IMG/VR virus record: IMGVR_UViG_3300049924_000176
Location: 1,329-65,328 of that record
From: a virus
Lineage: Duplodnaviria > Caudoviricetes
DNA length: 64,000 nucleotides
Strand: one strand, 5' to 3'
Shown here in pieces: positions 58,843-64,000 of the stretch; position 1 is the first letter of the stretch, and the number at the start of each line of letters is the position of its first letter. The translations under genes and the position numbers were made by a program. The notes under the pieces were generated by a model, which did no database searches, was not told the DNA's origin, and worked only from the letters and a program-made list of their open reading frames with translations.

Positions 58843-59190
58843 TTAGTCATGATGAAATCCTACTCGCTTATTATCCACATCTATCAGTATGGCAATCTCT
58901 GCCATCTGGCTAAGTGTAAGACTGGTGATTGTTGAGTATTCACTACACTCACTAATATCATCTGGGCACGGCCCACTAAACATCTGGCATTCTATTCGCC
59001 GTTCATTACGACTGGCACGCCGTCGTGTTTGTGCATACTTGCAGGAGTTGCATAACGAAACCCCATCAGTAAATGTCTCTCGGCGTTGCCCGGATAGATG
59101 TTGAAGTTGGGCAGTCTTTTCAATTTGACTAGCAAGTGTCTTACGCTCAGGGTCATCAGGTCTACCGTAATCAGAATCAAATGTAGACAT
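58843..59190 (-). CDS. Cys-rich hypothetical protein
   Basis: LCNSCKY...EC...C motifs; coupled. Confidence 0.55.
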   Translation of the reverse strand: MSTFDSDYGRPDDPERKTLASQIEKTAQLQHLSGQRRETFTDGVSLCNSCKYAQTRRRASRNERRIECQMFSGPCPDDISECSEYSTITSLTLSQMAEIAILIDVDNKRVGFHHD

Positions 59191-60114
59191 TATTCTACCT
59201 CAATGTGTCTACCCTGGTCATAGAATTCCCCAAGCTCTTCTGGCAATAGCGAGTGTGTGGTGGTATTAAATATATCAAGTTGGTCTTTTCCTTCTAATCT
59301 ATCTACTATCATCATAGCCAGTGTATCAGATGTAGGAAGTTCTATAGTAGGTGGTACATACCCATGTGCCAATGCATACTGCACATACGATTCAGTATCC
59401 TTCCACTTCAACCACTGTCCTTCAGGGTCTTCTTGTATGTTACCACTCCATGAATTGTAATCTCCATACAAGCTATACCGCTTAACCATGTCCAGCCTCC
59501 ATCATGTTATAAGACATCCAGCCTTCAGTGCCTAGGATATAGACGATACCTTCCTCACTTAATAGAAGTAGCGCAGAACTCCCATCAGGTAATGGGGATA
59601 CCACCAACTGTTTACCACGAATAGGCCGTGGGGGCATAGTAGGAATGTCATTCTTATTCACTAGTTTTAACTTGGCTGCCACTGGCACCTCCTGGGTTAG
59701 AGGATATATTCTCCACTGGTGGAGACTTCCACATCGGTCGTAGGTAATTCACTAACTCCCGTAGCTGATTGTTCTCTGCTAGCAGATGATTTACAAGCTT
59801 TCGTAGCTGACTTTTTGTGAGGACTGGCTTTAGTTTTTGCACTCTTTTTACCTTTCGGCTCAGCACCCTGGGGGGCATACCGCAGTGCGCGAGCACCTTT
59901 GATAGCGAGTAGTAGAGCAGTGGGCATATTTTTTAACATATCACTGGTCATACGCATAGCGTAGGGGGCTAGGATAAGGTCTGGTGTATGCTCCTCATAC
60001 TGGAGAATTTGAACAGAATGCCCACGCTGCATAAGATCAATCCACATTTGTTCATCAGCGTTATAGATGTCTGGTGAAACCTGGAAGAAAAGGGGCTTGA
60101 TCGTGTTACCCATG

Positions 60115-60933
60115 TTATTTCCCAAACCTACGTTGTAAGTAATTGACACTCACTGCCATCTCATTAAAGCTCCCATCCTTAGTTTCATGTAACATCCACA
60201 TACCCCTCCAATGGTTATTCGTAAAGGGTGATAGGTATGCCTCAGCCTGCTGATAGAATGACCCACTTAATATAGCAGTCATATCCACCCCATCTGCTCG
60301 CTTGGAGAATGCTATATCTCTACCTTGCTGGTGGCCCGCCACGCAAGACATATGTAACTTTGTGAGTAGTGCCCTTGCTGAAGTGATGGGTTTACCCATT
60401 ACACCACTAGGAAAGAAATGGTTGAAGGCCACCCCACCCACAACAATGGGTTGGAGGAAGGGGTAAACCTTCCACCCAAACTTGGTGTATTCCAAATCAT
60501 CCAAGCTAATCAACCCTTCTAGTTTAGGGTTCTGTTCCACTGTACGTATGATGCGGTGCTCGTGGTTCCCTAATGTGAGAAACATATGCGGATGCCACCG
60601 TGAGACCTTATGTAGCTCATTGATGAACTTACCCATAGCCATCTTGCTATAGTCGATATCCCGCCTATACCGCTTCCCTTCCAGTTGGAGACTACCTACC
60701 CCATCATGTGAGGATAGGCTAGGTAGGTCAGTGAAGTCACCTAGCTGGATGATCACGTCAGGTTTCTTGAGCGCGAGATACTTACCACACCAGACAAGGT
60801 GATTGATCGGCACACCTGGGTGGATCTGGCAATCTGGTATGACTGCAATCCGTAACCCATGCTTTGGTGAGGGAACCCGTATGCGAGTGATGGGTTTGAT
60901 GAATGGTGGAATAGCGCGAGGTTTACTGAGCAT
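60115..60933 (-). CDS. Calcineurin-like metallophosphoesterase
   Basis: PDCQIH, LGDFTD, GNHE, NHFF, GHQQ. Confidence 0.88.
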   Translation of the reverse strand: MLSKPRAIPPFIKPITRIRVPSPKHGLRIAVIPDCQIHPGVPINHLVWCGKYLALKKPDVIIQLGDFTDLPSLSSHDGVGSLQLEGKRYRRDIDYSKMAMGKFINELHKVSRWHPHMFLTLGNHEHRIIRTVEQNPKLEGLISLDDLEYTKFGWKVYPFLQPIVVGGVAFNHFFPSGVMGKPITSARALLTKLHMSCVAGHQQGRDIAFSKRADGVDMTAILSGSFYQQAEAYLSPFTNNHWRGMWMLHETKDGSFNEMAVSVNYLQRRFGK

Positions 60934-60937
60934 AACA

Positions 60938-61183
60938 TCATTCTCCAATGGACTGCAACAACTTAATCACCTGCGCTTGTGTGCGCTTGGGATTGTCATT
61001 CCACTCGGCGAATCTCAGGTGGCCTATTTTATCTCTAAGTTTAGTGACAATTTCATGCTGTTTACTTGTATTGCAGGCTTGTTGTATTGCCCCAATTAGA
61101 CACCAACTCACAGGTGTGAGTCCTTTATGAATGGCGTATTGCCCCTGACACCACCCCTTTGCGATATATTCACTTGGTTTCAT
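60938..61183 (-). CDS. Conserved phage protein (DUF6197-like)
   Basis: GWCQG...WCLIGAI...WND..RTQAQVI.LL. Confidence 0.65.
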   Translation of the reverse strand: MKPSEYIAKGWCQGQYAIHKGLTPVSWCLIGAIQQACNTSKQHEIVTKLRDKIGHLRFAEWNDNPKRTQAQVIKLLQSIGE

Positions 61184-61832
61184 AGTAGAAGCCCCCTAAG
61201 GCCAGGGACGCCACACACAAGACACCGTAAGCAATGAGTATAACGCCAAATATTCCAAGGAAAAACTTCAACTTATCCAAACTGCGCTGAAACAAATACA
61301 TGCCGACTCCGAGACAGATCACGCCTTGAAGAATGAGGAACTTTGCCTGGAACGGAAGCGGTTGTACATTGAACGATGGACCTTTACCTTTGTAGTAGTT
61401 GGTGTATGTGGAGCCTTGGCTAACTTGTGGTTTCTGAAAGCCAGCATGAATCTTACGGAACAACAGCTTCGAGCCATGTATGAGACCATGCAACTCCAAC
61501 AGCGGGCCTACGTCAATGTCCAAAATATCGAACCGTTGACCTTTGAAGTTGGGAAGCGCCCACAAGCCATCGTCTCGTATAGAAATAGTGGGCTGACTCC
61601 GGCAAATCGCCTCACTAATGCTGTTCCAGATTGGAGCGATAACCGCTACGGAAAGAATCAGCCATAACCATAAACGACACCTCTTCGTTAAGTCAAGTTC
61701 GGGATAATCGCCCTTTTTAGGTTGAAATAATTTTAAAAACTTATTAAATGCGGCAGTAATTGATGCTGCCTTGACCCAGCGAGTTAACCCGCCAGTAGAC
61801 ACACGTATATAACCTTTACGTGGTTTAGCCAT
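61170..61832 (-). CDS. Hypothetical membrane protein; overlapped by an in-register antisense ORF
   Basis: AGGAGG before ATG 61832; the C-terminal two-thirds may be an antisense read-through. Confidence 0.4.
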   Translation of the reverse strand: MAKPRKGYIRVSTGGLTRWVKAASITAAFNKFLKLFQPKKGDYPELDLTKRCRLWLWLILSVAVIAPIWNSISEAICRSQPTISIRDDGLWALPNFKGQRFDILDIDVGPLLELHGLIHGSKLLFRKIHAGFQKPQVSQGSTYTNYYKGKGPSFNVQPLPFQAKFLILQGVICLGVGMYLFQRSLDKLKFFLGIFGVILIAYGVLCVASLALGGFYYETK

Positions 61833-63085
61833 GTTGCTTAACCTCCTTGCTATCATCATACCGTCTACCCATAACTTCATCCCTACAATGCTGACAAGGG
61901 CGTGGTTCATCATGGATGGTACACAGCGGGTACATTATTCCTATAGACCATTCTAGTAGTGCTGGGTGGGTGGTCATATCATTCTCCATCTCGCCAATAT
62001 TCAATCATACATAATGCACTATGTTGCGTATCAACTGGTTTATCTACCGTCCTTATTCTAGTAGGCGGATCATTATTCATTTGCCACTCCCCCACTACTT
62101 CATTTCCTTTGCGTATAACAATTCTGTAAGGCCCAATGATCTTTTCATTAAGCCATGGAACTACACCAGTAGCATTGAAAGCTGCACTCCAAATGAGACT
62201 AGGCTCACTTCTCATTCTCGCGCTCCTTAGCTTCATTTAGGCACCAATCCCGTAATTCAATTCTATTTAACTCATAGGCCTCGTCGATGTGGTTTGCGGC
62301 CTCTCGTAACCCCTCAGCCTGCATACGCTTGGCGAAGGCGTAGATCTTGGCAATGCACTGCTTCGCCAACTCATCCTCTGTCATGGCTCCCACTCCTTGA
62401 CTCGTTTGGCTAACTGGTCGAGAAAATACGGGAGTTTCGCATTATAATATTCCCGCTGCACCTGATCAATCATATCAAGCACTGCCCGCTTCGCTTCCAG
62501 CACGTCAACCTTCTCTTGTCTTGCCCTTACTATTGCTGCTTTGGTGCGTTTAACAGGTGGCATATCCCCTCCTTAGTTTTACGACGTATCGACGGCCCTT
62601 ACATTGGCCTATTTCTCCATCATGAAGGCAGTACCTCCCAGCATACTCTACAACTGTTATAAACCCTGGCGCGAGCCTTATTAAGTAAGCCTGGTCTTCC
62701 GTGAGTGTCACTACAGGCAGTGCATGAAAACTGAGTATGCCATCTATTTCCTCTTCCAGGGCTTTAATCCTGCGTTGTAAAGCTGCTTTGGTGATACGCT
62801 TGCTCATGTTTCACGCTCCTCGGCTTTGGCTTCACACCAGTTCATAAATGATGACAGCTCGTCTATGATATCGTTGTAGCGTACCCACTCATCGCCATCG
62901 CAACCCTCAACGCGACCATCGTAAATCTCGACCCTGCGGTTAGCTTCTAACCTTGCCTCCCGCAACCCTCGTGCCTCAGCATCCCGTATTGCAACAGTAA
63001 TGAGGTATTCGAGCGATACCGTTAGACCACCCTCTCGATACTGCAGGACAACATCTTGTGCTCGCTCCTGTGCTGTGTTCATGCT

Positions 63086-63313
63086 TCACGCTCCTTTGAG
63101 TTTTCGTAGATCAACCCATGCGTGGTAGCGATCCCCACTCCCCCAGCACACATTGCAGACGCCATAGGTCATGGACTGCCCGCCTATGCCACCGCGCCAA
63201 GTTGTTGTGTTGCCGTACCAAATACCGCCGCTTCCACCGCACTTGTTGCATTCTCTCCCCGGCTCGATGTTGCGCCATTCCAGCATTAGTCTTTTTTGTT
63301 CATCCATGCTCAC
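63086..63313 (-). CDS. DnaJ-type CxxCxGxG zinc finger protein
   Basis: CNKCGGSG...CNVCWGSG. Confidence 0.7.
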   Translation of the reverse strand: MSMDEQKRLMLEWRNIEPGRECNKCGGSGGIWYGNTTTWRGGIGGQSMTYGVCNVCWGSGDRYHAWVDLRKLKGA

Positions 63314-63583
63314 GCTCCTTGGCCTTGTCTAAACACCAGGCTTCGATTATATCCAGTTGCTCAAACCCCATGGCTCTGGTTTCCAGTAATGTTGCTGGAG
63401 CCGCCATGGTAATAAACCCACGCTGGCATTGAGCGGCTACTTCCCGCAACCCCTGCGCCTGCATGCGACGGCAGAGGGCTATGAGTTTCTCAACATACTC
63501 TGGGTAAACATTGCCGTATACTGATCTTAATGAATCAATACTGTCTAACCATTTGGCACATTCATTTCTCAGCTCATCATCTG

Positions 63584-64000
63584 TCACCTCGCACCCCCTT
63601 CCTGCGGTCGCTCGTAATTCTCTGATAAATCACGTTCAGTTTCATGGGAATAGATACCGTAATTCTTGGATGAGTTTTTCTCTACACCTTCCTGCGGCGG
63701 CTCGATGGGGCCGGACCATTCGACATCACTGCAACCAGTATGTCGTTCCCATTCTCCAATAGGCACTCCATCACACTCTAGCCAACCATTCTCGTTACCG
63801 TCATCGTAGATAAGCTCTGCCGATGGCGTGATCCCACTTGCCTGCCACCAATACCACCCCGGCGTGGCTGGTTTTTCGGTGGTCCACTTGAGTTGGAGTC
63901 GTGCAATCTTCTCACAGCATTCAAGGTAAAGCTTTTTAGCACGATGCCCAGCCTCATCGCGCTGTATCCACTGCGCCACTTCCCTCTCTAGCCGTGCCAC
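63584..64000 (-). CDS. WTTEKP..PGWYW family protein (5' end outside the window)
   Basis: WTTEKPATPGWYWW...WSGPIEPP; similar to 9272-9481. Confidence 0.55.
   Translation of the reverse strand: MARLEREVAQWIQRDEAGHRAKKLYLECCEKIARLQLKWTTEKPATPGWYWWQASGITPSAELIYDDGNENGWLECDGVPIGEWERHTGCSDVEWSGPIEPPQEGVEKNSSKNYGIYSHETERDLSENYERPQEGGAR

Overview
A near-complete genome of a podovirus-like tailed dsDNA phage. No integrase, tape measure gene, rRNA, CRISPR array or host housekeeping operon is visible. Left arm (1-15.7 kb, mostly minus strand): a UDG-fused family-A DNA polymerase running off the left edge, a Cas4-like nuclease/Sak4-like ATPase/SSB module, a divergent RecA-family helicase, an ECF-like sigma factor and many small early genes. 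Middle (15.9-53.6 kb, plus strand): tRNA-Thr, terminase, portal, scaffold, major capsid, a long block of accessory virion genes with an embedded lysis cassette (M15 endolysin, holin candidates, Rz/Rz1 spanins), a glycosyltransferase, two methyltransferases, and tail and ejection proteins. Right arm (53.6-64 kb, minus strand): resolvase, class II ribonucleotide reductase, metallophosphoesterase and small genes. Spanins and a PagL-like gene imply a Gram-negative host. The most unusual features are: (1) about 520 nt between SSB and polymerase tiled by four abutting structured RNAs, one of them a tRNA mimic with G-1:C73 and an encoded CCA; (2) several virion-module proteins with Sec signal peptides; (3) a three-copy promoter motif that may match the phage sigma factor; (4) a PagL-like lipid A deacylase; (5) an Sm-like protein coupled to a Ser/Trp/Arg repeat protein; (6) a stand-alone IleRS zinc finger. 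All family assignments come from motif recognition by eye; no database searches or folding programs were run.
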